A DNA stretch of 64,000 nucleotides from Octopus sinensis (GCF_006345805.1 NC_042998.1:95666001-95730000); one strand, 5' to 3'. Counted from the stretch's first letter, positions 11,754 through 24,339 are shown. The notes: generated from the letters alone by a model not told the origin. Translations and numbers: made by a program.

Positions 11754-12644
11754 CACAACACACACACACACATGTACGTATGTATGTATAAAAGCTATTT
11801 TAGATATTTAGGAATACTCTAACTTTTAACTTATTTCTTGAAGTATCAGAATTTTCATCGCTCTTTTCTACTGGTGAAAAAAATCATTAACTGGCCGGAA
11901 AATTTTTTCTAAGCTCTAGGTGGTTTGCATTATATTTCTGTTCACTATGTTTTTTTAATTTTCTAATTCTAACATTTTTACCTATGGCATTAGTGATTCG
12001 TTGCTGTTTGACTTTATGACACTGCCCCCCGTTAGTCGTTTTTGAATTCACTTCGTTTGTTTTTTCCTCGTTTTTATTGTATATTTATTTATATATTTTC
12101 TTGTTACTATTCCTTCTAAAGGTTATTTACGCATTAGCAGAATAGTTGGCTCATAGGATAAAATGTCTTGCAACATCACCCCTGTTTCTTTACGTTCAAA
12201 TCCCGCTGCGGTTAACTTTTATCCTCGATGATCGACGAAATATGATTAGAAGCGCTAAGGAGTGATGTATATAAATATACACTTGTTACTAGCTCAATAT
12301 ACTTGAGGTATATTCGAACTCGTAAGAAAGCCCGGTCAAGTATTGGGGTTGGGGATATCGACTTACTCCTTCTCTCAAGATGCTGACCTTGCGCCTAAAT
12401 TAACAACAATTATCGCTATTTCTTTTTTCTTTCTTTTCATGGAAGGTATGTGACTGTGAACGAACCTAGATGTAGTTCATTTTGTGTGTGGCGAGATGTG
12501 TGTATGCATACATATAAGCGTACAAGCAGGTGCGCATAAAAAAGAAAAACCTGTGTGGTATGTCTACTTATAGTACAAGTGCAAACTTGTATTTAATCTC
12601 AAGGTAAGCATAAACATGGCAAATAAGTTTGACAGAAAGATCAC

Positions 12645-12714
<70 letters not shown>

Positions 12715-13123
12715 TTAGTGTGTGAATGTGTGCGTTTCTATCTATAGATGTATAGGGCCTATTGATTAAGGAGTGAGCACAGGTGTTGATTTGCTAGAAA
12801 TTTCAGACGGATAAAACCACACAGACAAATTTATAATGAAAAGTCTTTTTTATTAATCGACGTTGCGTAGACATAGAAATGCACCGACGAGTGTAAGTCT
12901 AATAAATGCATACACGTTGTAAGGTAACCAAGTTTACAGGACCTTTCATATCGTCTGTATGAATAAATATCCATACCAAAGCAACTCGCCCATGACAAAC
13001 TTACAAGAGAGAAGTGAACAGTTGGTAGTTAGAACAGAGACTACCTAACTGTGAAGTGTTGTTTTGTTCAGTTAGTCGACCGTAGACGCCAGCATAATGG
13101 AAAGTAATTTTGTAACTCTAGAT

Positions 13124-13463
13124 CTATTGTTCCCAGACTTTTTCGGGCTGTCGCCCCTTTGACACCCAAACCACATTCCTAGCGTCCCCACCCCAAATAA
13201 CCATCACAAACATAAACCTCTTTCTGAAACAAATTCGAAGCAACTATATTTCACAAATAAAACCTAACCTAACGAACCCATTGTTTTGTTGTTTTTACAC
13301 GAATTGCTACTCTATTATTGCCCCACATTTTTATGAATCGTTACTCCATTATCAGCCCACATTTTTAGGAATCGCTACTCCATTATCACCCCACTTTTCA
13401 ACGCCTCCTTGGAACTTTGCGCCGCCTCCAAGGGGGCAATACCGCCCACTTTGGGAACCACTG
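13124..13463. mobile_element. hAT (Charlie-like) MITE
   Basis: Termini CTATTGTTCCCAGA and TTTGGGAACCACTG (CAGTGGTTCCCAA-type TIR). 8-bp TSD CTCTAGAT (13116-13123) / CTTTAGAT (13464-13471) fits the NTCTAGAN target preference. Confidence 0.8.
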
Positions 13464-13829
13464 CTTTAGATGGTGTGGACAGCGTAAATCATCGCTTGTC
13501 ACCTGATATGCATCAGAAGGTCGTGTTTTCGAAATTTTCATTGCAGACTCTAGGCGTATTGAAATTATTATTCTTTTCCATTTCAACTATGATTGCAACT
13601 TATACATCACAGAGAAAATTCACATTTTCCAACGTTTTATTTTAAATGAAAACAGAAAATGAAATAGTTTCAACTTGCTGACATGTGTCCAGATTCTTTT
13701 AGAATTTCAAACACCACTTCACCATCATTAACCACACCACATTAATACCACACCACCACCGCCACAACCACCACATTAATACCACACCACCGCCGCCACA
13801 ACCACCACCACCACCATCACCATCATCAC

Positions 13830-14060
13830 AAACCAACAACGGTTGTCAAGTGGTGGTCGTGGTGGAGGGGACAAACACAAGCACACATATACGATGAGCT
13901 TCCTCACAGCTTCCATTAAAAAAAAAATTCATTCATAAGGCTTTTCTCGGTCCGGGGCTATAGTAGAAGACACTTGCCCAAGATGCCGGGTAGTGAAACT
14001 GAACCCGAAACCAACTGGCTGCAAAGCGAGTTTCTAACCAACATATCCATATCAGCGCAC
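13830..14060 (-). mobile_element. Family B CORE-type SINE, diverged
   Basis: GCTATAGTAGAAGACACTTGCCCAAG...ACTGAACCCGAAACCA. Confidence 0.75.
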
Positions 14061-14408
14061 ATACATACATACATCCATCCATCCATACATACATACATAA
14101 ATACATGCATGCATGCATGCATACATACATAAATACATACATACATAAATACATACGTACGTACATACACACATAAATACATACATACATACATACATAC
14201 ATAAGACTAAAAATCTGCAAGACCTTAGGATTTAAAGGATGGTGAACAATATAAGATACTTTCCTTCACAGCCTTGCTACAAAGTTAGTGACCGGTCAAA
14301 ATTTACTCTAAATTAAAAAGAGAAAGAGAACCCACCTACCTACCTACCTACCTACCTACCTACCTACCTGCCTACATACATACATACATACATACATACA
14401 TACATACA

Positions 14409-14442
<34 letters not shown>

Positions 14443-14470
14443 CATACGTACAAAAATACATACATACATA

Positions 14471-14687
14471 AAGTTAATCCAAACATGAAAACACAAAGAG
14501 AAAACACAACAACGCGAGGACGTGGAACAAGTATAGTGTTATTGGACGCTCAGGAACGGAAAGAAAGAAGGAGGATTTAACGTTTCGAGCGGAGCTCTTC
14601 GTCAGAAACATAGGAAAAGGAAAGATCCACGGAAGGGAAGACGGAGGAAATAAAATCGCCAACGATATACACGCGGTCACATATTGA
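14471..14687 (-). mobile_element. 217-bp hammerhead-bearing element (solo PLE pseudo-LTR or retrozyme-like) with a 33-bp flanking duplication
   Basis: ATATACATACGTACAAAAATACATACATACATA at 14438-14470 and 14688-14720. Contains the HHR at 14575-14609 and shares motifs with the 17201/17468 repeats. Confidence 0.75.
14575..14609 (-). ncRNA. Minimal type I hammerhead ribozyme
   Basis: Minus strand GTTT-CTGACGA-a-GAGC-tcc-GCTC-GAAA-CG-TT-AAAT. Intact core; palindromic mini stem III (AACGTT) typical of dimer-acting PLE HHRs. Confidence 0.75.
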
Positions 14688-14727
14688 ATATACATACGTA
14701 CAAAAATACATACATACATACATACAT

Positions 14728-15395
14728 ACATGATGGCTGCCCTCTCGTTATCGAGTATGGCCATTGCACGAAGCTTAACTGTTATTGGTGCTGTGATCGA
14801 ATGTGACTTTTATTTTCTTTTTAAGGCTATAGCCAGCTGAGACTCACAGCACTATCAACAATCATGAACAATGTTGCTATCATGCAATGCCTGTGCAAGA
14901 CGATTTTTTTTAAAGTGAGGAAAGGCTGTGCACTGAGTCAATCCCACTCACTAAGCAACAGCTGCCATAATCCGAAAAGAAGAACAAGTCAACATTATCG
15001 GTAACCACTGAGCCGCAGGTTTTATGTCGGAGTTATCCCAGTTACCTGAGTTACCTTCTCCTAGATGGATGCTCTAACAAAGGCTAGGAGTCCTTCACTC
15101 CCAATGATTTAACCGCGCGATCGGGTATTCAGTCCGATTATTTCTAAGTCCCCGCGCATGATACAGTCTTAAGCCTTAAAAAATAAAAATACACATTTAT
15201 TGGATGGCCGTTGACTCTCAAGAGTTCCTCTGCCCTTTGACGGGTTTTGTTTTTCATCCCGCAGGGTGTCCAATAAACACCCTCATCACCAAGCAAGCTT
15301 AGTGGGGTTGCCGGTTTAGACGCCGACGACCCGACCATGCAACAGGTTGTACTGGGTTACATGTTACCAGTAGCACTCGAAAGTGACCTGACATA
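14728..15395 (-). mobile_element. Non-coding, probably RTE-derived non-autonomous element
   Basis: Minus strand contains CCATCTAGGAGAAGGTAACTC, similar to a motif recurrent in RTE 5' UTRs. Bounded by (TACA)n and (TCCA)n, with no RT ORF. Confidence 0.5.
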
Positions 15396-16249
15396 ACATC
15401 CATCCATCCATCCATCCATCCATACATCCATACATCCATACATACATACATACATACATACATACAAAGTGATGATAAAGAGACATGTAGAGGCAGAAAT
15501 AATTTAAAAGCTAAATAAAAAATGAGAAAGCTAGACTGTACATAGACTTGCACCTCTCAAGTATAGATCAGGTTTTTCGAAGAATGTTTTCACTCTGTCT
15601 CCGAGAATGTTTCCGATTAGCACTCATTTTACTCTTTCTACTTTGTTTTTTTTTATTCTCAACATTTAGTACTAAATTTCTGTTTTCAAAAATGTTTTTA
15701 TTACGTTTTTTTTTTTTTTCATTTTCAATCACTGTATTTAATTTTAAATAACTTCAGTGAAATCAGTGGTAGTCGTAGTCTGCTTCGGCAACAATGACCT
15801 TAATTCTCGCATAGTTAAAACCAAGCGCTTTCTCGTTATACATTCTTGTCACTCTTTCCCTACCTACATATATTCATATTAGTATAAAAACAACTACTAA
15901 TCGAAATACAGACACACTTAAAAGCGCGCCCACACTCGTCTAAATTTAAACGCACTTCTTTATAATTGGTTTGCATATTACAGCTATACACTTTTATGCG
16001 GCTGCTATTATTTTGAAAGTGGACAATTTTTTGTCTTTTCGGCTAATTTAGAATTTCTTTCTTTCATTTTCTTTTTGTTCGCCCTTTTTATTTATTTATT
16101 TCTTTAAAGGATGCATGAAACAACTTAAATTGACCTACTTTCTACGCTACAGGATGCTGAAAATTATTTGCATCAAGTTCCATGACCTATATTTTTCTTT
16201 GGTAATACATATAAGAATTTGCCATGTGATTTATTCCAGTGAAGAAACT

Positions 16250-17070
16250 TCAGACAACTTAAATTGTGCAGTCTTTTAACAGAGTATAACTTCCAGTGAA
16301 ATTATGCCGTACCCTACTCTTTATGTCTGTATACGGGGTAGTGCTAGAAGATCTAATATATCTCCATTTGAATATCTCTATCAACATAGATATTCTGAGA
16401 CAGATGGAATGTCTGAAATAAAGTAAAGTTCCTATCGGAGCATAACTAGTTACGTGCTCCTTGACATATAATATTTATATTTCCTTGTTGTGTCTGGAGG
16501 AAGAGGCAGTATCCATGTACTTCGCTGGTACTATTAAACCGGTGAGATTGATACGATGTAATATTTCTACTGCACCTTTGCAAGCCAACATCTGAGAAAA
16601 GTATGGATTGGTGGGGAGCTTCCTGAGGACCTACGTATTGATAAATGTGTTTCTGATGGGGTTGGACGTAACAAGGATGATGAAAGATGAGTGGGGTCCA
16701 TCTAGTTTCCGAGGAGCAGAGGCATTATGGTATATCAACATCTATAAGAAAGATATGAACAGGAAGGGAATTTCAGAGGGCCGAAGTTCAATAGAGTTGC
16801 TAAGGAATGAGGAAGACCCACCCCGGGTGATGCTTTTATGGAGACGGCACTTTTGGGTCTGCTGCATAAGCCATTGAGTTCAGTGTACTTGTTGTATTTC
16901 GTGAAGGCTCCATGGAATTCCTTCAAAGTGAAGGTAACCAGGACCATTGTCATAGCGTCCTTCATCTTCTCTTTCAGCTTGGAAAACAACCAAAATTCAC
17001 AGAGAGCAAGGTCTGGACTGCAGGGAGGGTGAAGGGCAGATTTTGATGCCCATCTCTGTGAAGTAGTTGA
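16250..17070 (-). pseudogene. Decayed Penelope-like RT fragment
   Basis: Across frameshifts on the minus strand: TEMGIKICPS (cf. G..MG....P), GRYDNG (decayed catalytic motif), LHKSIT, ISFL/DVDI, IYQYVGP..SSPPIHTF..KGAVEILHRIN, in PLE RT palm/thumb order. Confidence 0.55.
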
Positions 17071-17078
17071 TTAATAAG

Positions 17079-17143
<65 letters not shown>

Positions 17144-17166
17144 AGGAAAAATTATAAAAAGGCAGA

Positions 17167-17197
<31 letters not shown>

Positions 17198-17290
17198 TAT
17201 GTAGGGAGAATTTACGAAAAACCAAAAGACGAAGACAAGTGGTGTACAAAACAAACATGTATTAGTACAACGCTCAGGAATAGAAAAAGT

Positions 17291-17326
17291 CTTTTACGTT
17301 TCGAACCTACGCTCTTCTACAGAAAG
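17291..17326 (-). ncRNA. Minimal hammerhead-like motif with variant core CUGUAGA (copy 1)
   Basis: Minus strand CTTT-CTGTAGA-a-GAGC-gtag-GTTC-GAAA-CG-TA-AAAG. Confidence 0.6.
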
Positions 17327-17557
17327 GGACACAGAAAAAACAAGGAGAGAAAAATATTCGTGTAGTGGCTAACGATCTATCATGGCGACTAGTATATATA
17401 TATATATCTATATATATATATATATATATAATATATATAATATATATATATATATATACATATATATGTAGGGAGAATTTACGAAAAACCAAAAGACGAA
17501 GACAGGTGGTGTACAAAACAAACATGTATTAGTACAACGCTCAGGAATAGAAAAAGT

Positions 17558-17593
17558 CTTTTACGTTTCGAACCTACGCTCTTCTACAGAAAG
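17558..17593 (-). ncRNA. Minimal hammerhead-like motif with variant core CUGUAGA (copy 2)
   Basis: Identical to copy 1. Confidence 0.6.
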
Positions 17594-17670
17594 GGACACA
17601 GAAAAAACAAGGAGAGAAAAATATTCGTGTAGTGGCTAACGATCTATCATGGCGACTAGTAATATTATAT

Positions 17671-17756
<86 letters not shown>

Positions 17757-17800
17757 TATATATATATACGAGAAAGAAGCAACAAGAATGGATTATTAGT

Positions 17801-17891
17801 TTTTAGTACAATTGTTTCATACAAAGACAGGCTTTATTAAAAGTTGCAAAAATTGCAGAAGATAAAAGTGTCCCGTACTCATCAGCTAAAA
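17801..17891 (-). ncRNA. Type I hammerhead ribozyme with extended stem II, in an inverted PLE pseudo-LTR
   Basis: Minus strand TTTTAG-CTGATGA-GTACGGGACA...TGTCTTTGTAT-GAAA-CAATTG-TA-CTAAAA. Perfect 6-bp stem I, intact core, palindromic stem III. Confidence 0.8.
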
Positions 17892-18209
17892 TACATATGA
17901 GTTCTCCAAACATCTTAGTGGGTGAGGCTATACTCATGAAGTATTGGAGATATTTCATTAAAAGCAGATTTAGGTTGTAAACAGATTTCCGAAGTTCCTT
18001 AATGATGATGCACAGTCTTATCACAGGTTTTTAAAAAAAGCTTATTAGCTTCACAGAGAAGGTGAATTAATCCGTAGTGTAGATGTAAATTTCCAGAGAT
18101 ATGAGGAGGAATTTCATACTCACAGACGATGAATTTATCCATGGTTAATCCACAATGAGGTGGGTATCATTTCATGCTATATGATAAGGTATTTGCCACA
18201 AATAGAATT

Positions 18210-18948
18210 TGAATATAAGTTATGGACTAGAGCAGATACACCTAATTATTTTGATATACCCATGGGTTCCAGTGATTCGGCTGAGGTGACTAACCTAGTA
18301 GGCGCGTATCTATTAAAATGCATAAGTAAGGATATCCCGGAACTACAAGGTGGTTTATATAGGGATGATGCTCTGTTTGTTATCCCTAGTAATAATAAAT
18401 CTAGTATAGAAAGGATTAGAAAGAAAATTAATAAGTTCTTTAAGGATTTCAACCTCAGCATAACGTATGAACCTGGCACTAAAATAGTTAACTTCCTAGA
18501 TATTACGTTAGACCTTAACTCCAAGCTGCATTACCCATTTAGAAAAGAAGGCGAAATCACGAGATACGTAAATAAATTATCCAATCATCCCCCAAATATA
18601 ATTGAATCTTTAGTCAGAAATATTTCATTAAGAATTTCAAAATTATCATCCAATAAGGATATATTTAACTCTCATTCTGAGCATTATAATGCGGCGTTAA
18701 CTAAGGCAGGATACAACCAAAAGATTACATTCATTGATAAGGGGAACTTACATATTCCTAATAAAGAAGTTATCAGTAATCACATAAGTAGCAATATAGA
18801 CCAGGCCCGAAATAGAAGTAGAAGTAGATTCACGGTAACCGCAAATCTAGCGTACAAGCCCAATAATTCAAATAGAAGAAAAGACCAAATCATAGGTAAC
18901 TCGGATAAAATCGAATTAGATAAATCAAAGATGCACACAAATTGTTGA
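18210..18948 (+). pseudogene. Penelope-like element reverse transcriptase fragment (YRDD type)
   Basis: FDIPMGSSDSAEVTNLVG, GLYRDDAL, VNFLDITLDL, YVNKLSNHPP, YNAALTKAGY. Truncated at both ends with no endonuclease seen; preceded by an inverted HHR-bearing segment. Confidence 0.9.
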
Positions 18949-19279
18949 CAGATTTACCTACTCCGCATTGCGAGCAGTGCAACAAGATGCGTCTTTGTCA
19001 AAGCAATTGCACCCCCAAAGCAAATTAAATAAAATTTGAGAAACGCGGAACGTCAAAGCTGCTAACAAAAACAGGACAGTGAAAACATTCGGTAAGGGCT
19101 GTTTATCCCTAACGAGGTGAAGTGGTGAACGCTGGAGAAAAAAGCTTTGTCAAGAGACAGACAAGAATGCGTGTTATAGTTATAAACTGAACGAGAAGGA
19201 AAAGAATTACATTTAGAAATAGAGATCTATAATTATTGAGGACAGAATTTGAGTTAGAAATAGAGAACTATAAAAAGTC

Positions 19280-21022
19280 CATCACTCCAAGAAAATGGGC
19301 CAACCACGCATTAACACTGCCAGAACCTCCGACCCTACACTACGACAATGTTTTGCTGTTTCTATCAAATTTGCCCTTAGTAGCTGCCCACCCACCTCTG
19401 CTGAAAGTAGGTGGAATTATATCAGGGAAGCTTTGTATACCACATCAATAGATACTTTCGGCATGAGAGAAAGGCAAAACCCAGATTTTGTTCAGTGCTG
19501 GGCTCTCAGAGCTGGAAATAGTTATCGAAACAAAGCGTGCAGCTCTGATGTAATACAAGAGTGATTCTTCTATAAAGTCACTCGAAGAACTCAGAAAGGC
19601 AAGAAATAAAACCCAACTGACTGCCAGACGCTGTGCAAATAGGTATTGGCAGGAAATCTGTCAGAGTATCCAGTCAGCTGCTGACATTGGCGACATCCGT
19701 GGGATGTATGCCGGTTTGAAGAAGGCCCTCGGTCCATCCGCAACCAAGTCAGCCCCTCTGAAATCAACTACTGGGGATCTCATCAAGGACCAAAGCAAGC
19801 AAATGGATAGATGGGTGGAGTACTACCAGGATCTCTACTCACGAGAGACCACGGTAGCTGAGGCTGCAATCGAGGGTGTCAAGATCTTGACAGTCATGTG
19901 TGAACTTGACAGTCTGCCATCTATAGCAGAGCTCACCAAGGCTATTGACTTCCTAGCAAGTAACAAGGCTCCGGGAAAAGACGGCATCCCCTTAGAGATC
20001 ATCAAAATCGGCAAAAACACCATCCTGCTTCGGCACATTCACGAGCTTCTGTGTCAGTGCTGGGAAGAGGGTACAGTCCCTCAGGATATGCGGGATGCTA
20101 ACATCATAAAGGTTTCCAAAAACAAAGGTGACAGTGGTGATTGTAACAATTACCGTGGAATATCTCTTCTAAGCACTGTTGGAAAGGCCTCTGCTCACAT
20201 TATCCTGTCCAGGCTACAACTGCTTGCCTCTCGAATTTATCCAGAATCGCAGTGTGGCTTTAGAAGAAGCAGATCAACTATTGACATGATATTCTCCATA
20301 CGCCAACTCCAGGAGAAGTCCAGAGAGCAGAAAATGCCATTATATATGGCCTTCATTGATCTGACAAGGGCCTTTGACTTGGTAAGTAGAAAAGGCCTCT
20401 TCATCCTGCTCCAAAAAATCAGATGTCCACCAAAGCTGCTGAGGATCATCACATCTTTCCAGATGATATGGAAGGTACCATACAGCACAATAGTTCAACA
20501 TCAGCCGCCTTCCAAATAAAAAATGGGGTAAAGCAAGTTTGTGTCCTTGCTCCTACATTATTTGGCATCTTCTTCTCGCTGTTGCTGTCATATGCCTTTG
20601 TGACATCAGATGATGGAGTGTTTCTGCACAGTAGAAGTGATGGGAAACTGTTCAATCTCTCGCGTCTGCGTGCCAAGACCAAAATCAGAAGCGTCCTGAT
20701 CAAGGATATGCTATTTGCTGATGATGCCGCTCTGGTATCACACACAGAAGAAGCCCTACAAAGGCTCATCAACTGTTTTGAGCAAGCATGTGGCAACTTT
20801 GGCTTATTTATCAGCCTCAAGAAGACCAACATCATGGGTTAGGCTACATCGACCATCCCAAACATACATATTGGAGACCACAGACTACAGGAGGTGGAGA
20901 AGTTTACCTGTCATGGCTTTACCGTCACCTACAACCTATCCCTTGATACTGAGCTCAATATATGCATTGGTAAGGCAGCTGCTGTGATGGCCCAACTCTC
21001 CAAACGGGCATGGGACAACATT
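19280..21022 (+). mobile_element. RTE-clade (BovB-like) LINE, truncated ORF with frameshift and stops
   Basis: KAPGKDGIP, DCNNYRGISLLSTVGK, PESQCGFRRSRSTIDMIFSIRQLQEK, FIDLTRAFDLVSR, GVKQ.CVLAPTLF, LFADDAAL, FGL.ISLKKT. Confidence 0.95.
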
Positions 21023-21206
21023 CAGTGAGTTTCCAAATTGTTTACACGTCCCCACTGCATTCTACAAACTAGTTAGCTGTGACAAGCAGTGTTTGATTGC
21101 GTGTGTTCGAAGTGTTGTTACAACTATCACTTTCGATCTGAAATAACAACATCTGGCAAGGCAGCTTATTAGATGTATGATAATGATATACTAAAATTAC
21201 AATAAT

Positions 21207-21562
21207 CTAGTAGAAAAGTAGTGGATCGACCTGAGGAGACTCTCTGATCTCCGAGCTACTCTCCCTGTCGAGCAACGTTACTTCAAAGATCCTCTGGAGG
21301 AACCCCATTTCGGCAGCTTGCATTCGCGATAGGCACGAAAACCGATTTGAAGATGACGAGTTTGGCCTAATTTTTTTACCAACCACTCCTCTTCTGAGGA
21401 TCAAATACTAAAACTGACGCATTATTTTGGCAGTACCTGCAGTTCTAGCATCCAATTCAACCTCCTATTTTCCCCCACTCGTAAATACGGCCGAGAGATA
21501 CTTAAATTTCTCCACTTGCTTTAGTGATGCTCCACTAAAATGCAGAATGCACTGTGAGGACT
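21207..21562 (-). mobile_element. RTE-group (Expander/Rex3-like) LINE 3' ORF fragment
   Basis: LKQVEKFKYLSAVFTS..EVELDAR and RMQAAEMGFLQRIFEVTLLDRESSSEIRE. Confidence 0.8.
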
Positions 21563-23034
21563 TTATTATACACAGCTACTTTATTATTCGTAAATAGGAC
21601 ATTCTAATAAAGGAACTGTAAAATTTAGAATAATGTAAAAAGTGATCTTAATAAACTGTCAGAAAGAACTGATAAGGCAATAAATGACAAGTGAAATAAG
21701 AAACCTGAATGCTTATAAAGGAAATAATACTCTATGTCTGAGTACTCAAGTTATTGTTTCAGTGTATTCGCCTTTAATTGATGGGATTAAGGAAATAAAG
21801 TGAGACAGTTACTCACGTCATTCTGCTAAGTAGCTTTCAAGCATTGTCATGGTTTTTTTTTTATTGATGAACGGCTTACAAACGGTCAACCTGTTTTATA
21901 GCACCGCAGCATTGTATGGCTAATCCTTTACTTGTTTCAATCATTGGACTGCAACCAAAAGAATAATTTTTAAAGTAAATGAAACTTGACTACGTTGAAC
22001 ACGAGTGAAGGTACCTTACTTAGTAGGTGTTTGGGTTCAATTCCTAGACTCGTAATTTTGAACAAGGCACTTTATTTCCCATTGTCCCAGCTTACTCAGC
22101 TGTAAAGAGCACCAATCGGCTATTGGTGCAGCCTTCGCCTCCGCTCAGCTGTCATATTCTGGATGCTTCTCTGGATGAAGGATGAAGAAGCCGATAGCGT
22201 CTATTCGCTAAACATTAGCGCCTTAAAACAAGTAGTGAAAATATGGTATATGCTATCAAGCCTTCAGAAGCTAATCGTTTCCTGACTCTGCATAAATGAA
22301 AAAAGTGCTGTCATATTTTACCAAAGCAACCGTAGTGTTCAACTCATTCCGTTCAAATATTAGAGAAAACATCAGTGAGAAGGTTAGAAGCATTATAACC
22401 AATATATCAAAAGAATTTGGGTAAATAACTTCTTTAAGATACTGCTAAACATAAGTGATATTCGATTTTTAATACACTGTTTCTAATTTGAAGTGTAAAA
22501 CTTCAACAGATATAATGCAGTATCATTGAACTTCAACTTAAAAGCTTCAACTTCACATTTCATTTTAGTGAAAATAACTGCAGGCGTATTCAATAACATA
22601 TCCTGTAGAACAACATTGAGAAAAAAAATACAATCCTACTTACATAACTGAAATAGCTAAGCTGAAAACAACCTGGGAGAGCCTCAAACTCAACAATCAA
22701 GAGAAATAAAAGTCGACATAAGATAAGGGGGGGGGGGAGCATTAAATAACTGAGAAAATAGGAAAAACAAAAGAAAACAACAAAAAGAAAACAACTAAAA
22801 ACGAGAAAATTGGCGGAAAGCACTTATAATCAAACAAATCACAGAGCAAGACGAAAAATAATGCCCATAGACACTAGCAGCATAAATAACAAGAGCAATG
22901 ATCACCCGACATAACAAAGTTACGCTCCAACGGACACAACTTAAAACGCACCCACAAAAAAAAGAAAAGCACAGAGTGCACCTTTCGTCAAGCAGCAGAA
23001 ACCTGTACGGAAACATCAAAACATGAAAAGATTC

Positions 23035-23376
<342 letters not shown>

Positions 23377-24297
23377 ATATATATCTTCTTGTCAGGTATC
23401 CCAGATAAACCAACTTCACGTCAGGAGGTGCAGATGAGGGCAGCTGCATCGAACTCTCTCATGCACCAAATGGCAATTGCTAAAAAGCATTCGTGAAGTA
23501 TTTATATTATTATATGATCGAACGCCACGCATCCTTTTCCAAGTAAATTTTATCTCAATAATTACGATGCGCACTCTTCTTCTTTACTATCTCTTCTCTG
23601 TCTATCTCTCTCCCTCTCTCGTTCTTCATCCTTTCTGGTTTTCTCTCCCACCCTTCCCTATTCTTCTCCTCTCCCCTTCACCGTTCCTTCTCTCTCACTC
23701 ATCCTCCTCGACTCTCCCGTCACCGACACGTGATCAGAGGGAAGCCATCTTTCTGACTTCTACCTCCGCAAAGACTAAACGGGCTTATACTGTCTCTTCA
23801 TAAGCTCATCTCCTTAAACGTACAGAATAATTTTCCCATCGTCTTGGCTTAACAGCCCTCATCGTTTGTTTTTACTGTTTTGTTCTCTTTGTTCTGTCTT
23901 TTACTGTTTTATTGTTTTTACTGTTTTGTTCTCACTGTCCTGTTCTTGTTACCACTTTCACCCTCAGCAAAAAATTCCAAATTTTATTTAATTTGCTTTG
24001 CGGGAAGGATTGTTTCAACGAACTCGCGTCTTGTCCTTGCCATCGAAAACGTGAAGTAGTTGAAACAGGGACAACTGAAGAAGGCGAATATTCCTTATGT
24101 TGTATGTCTCGTTTCGTTGTCCGAAAAAAGTTCGTTTCTATGTTTTTGTTTTTATGTTTTCGTTTCTCATTGTGTTCAACGCCTTTTTGATGTCTTGTAC
24201 CCATATATGCATGTATATATACATATATCTGTAGGTATGTACATATATGTATGTATATATTTGCATATATTTATATATTATTTATATTATATATATG

Positions 24298-24339
<42 letters not shown>

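Larger units (their letters stand above)
17201..17661 (-). repeat. Two 194-bp direct repeats (17201-17394, 17468-17661; one mismatch) separated by (TA)n, each carrying an HHR motif
   Basis: Direct comparison; period 267 bp; only difference seen is GACAAGTGG vs GACAGGTGG. Confidence 0.92.

Noticed and set aside
24040-24100. GAAAC...CTGAAGA-AGG..CCT in an unclassified repeat-like segment
   Set aside because: The order and pairing fit no HHR topology; there is no GAAA after the putative stem II.
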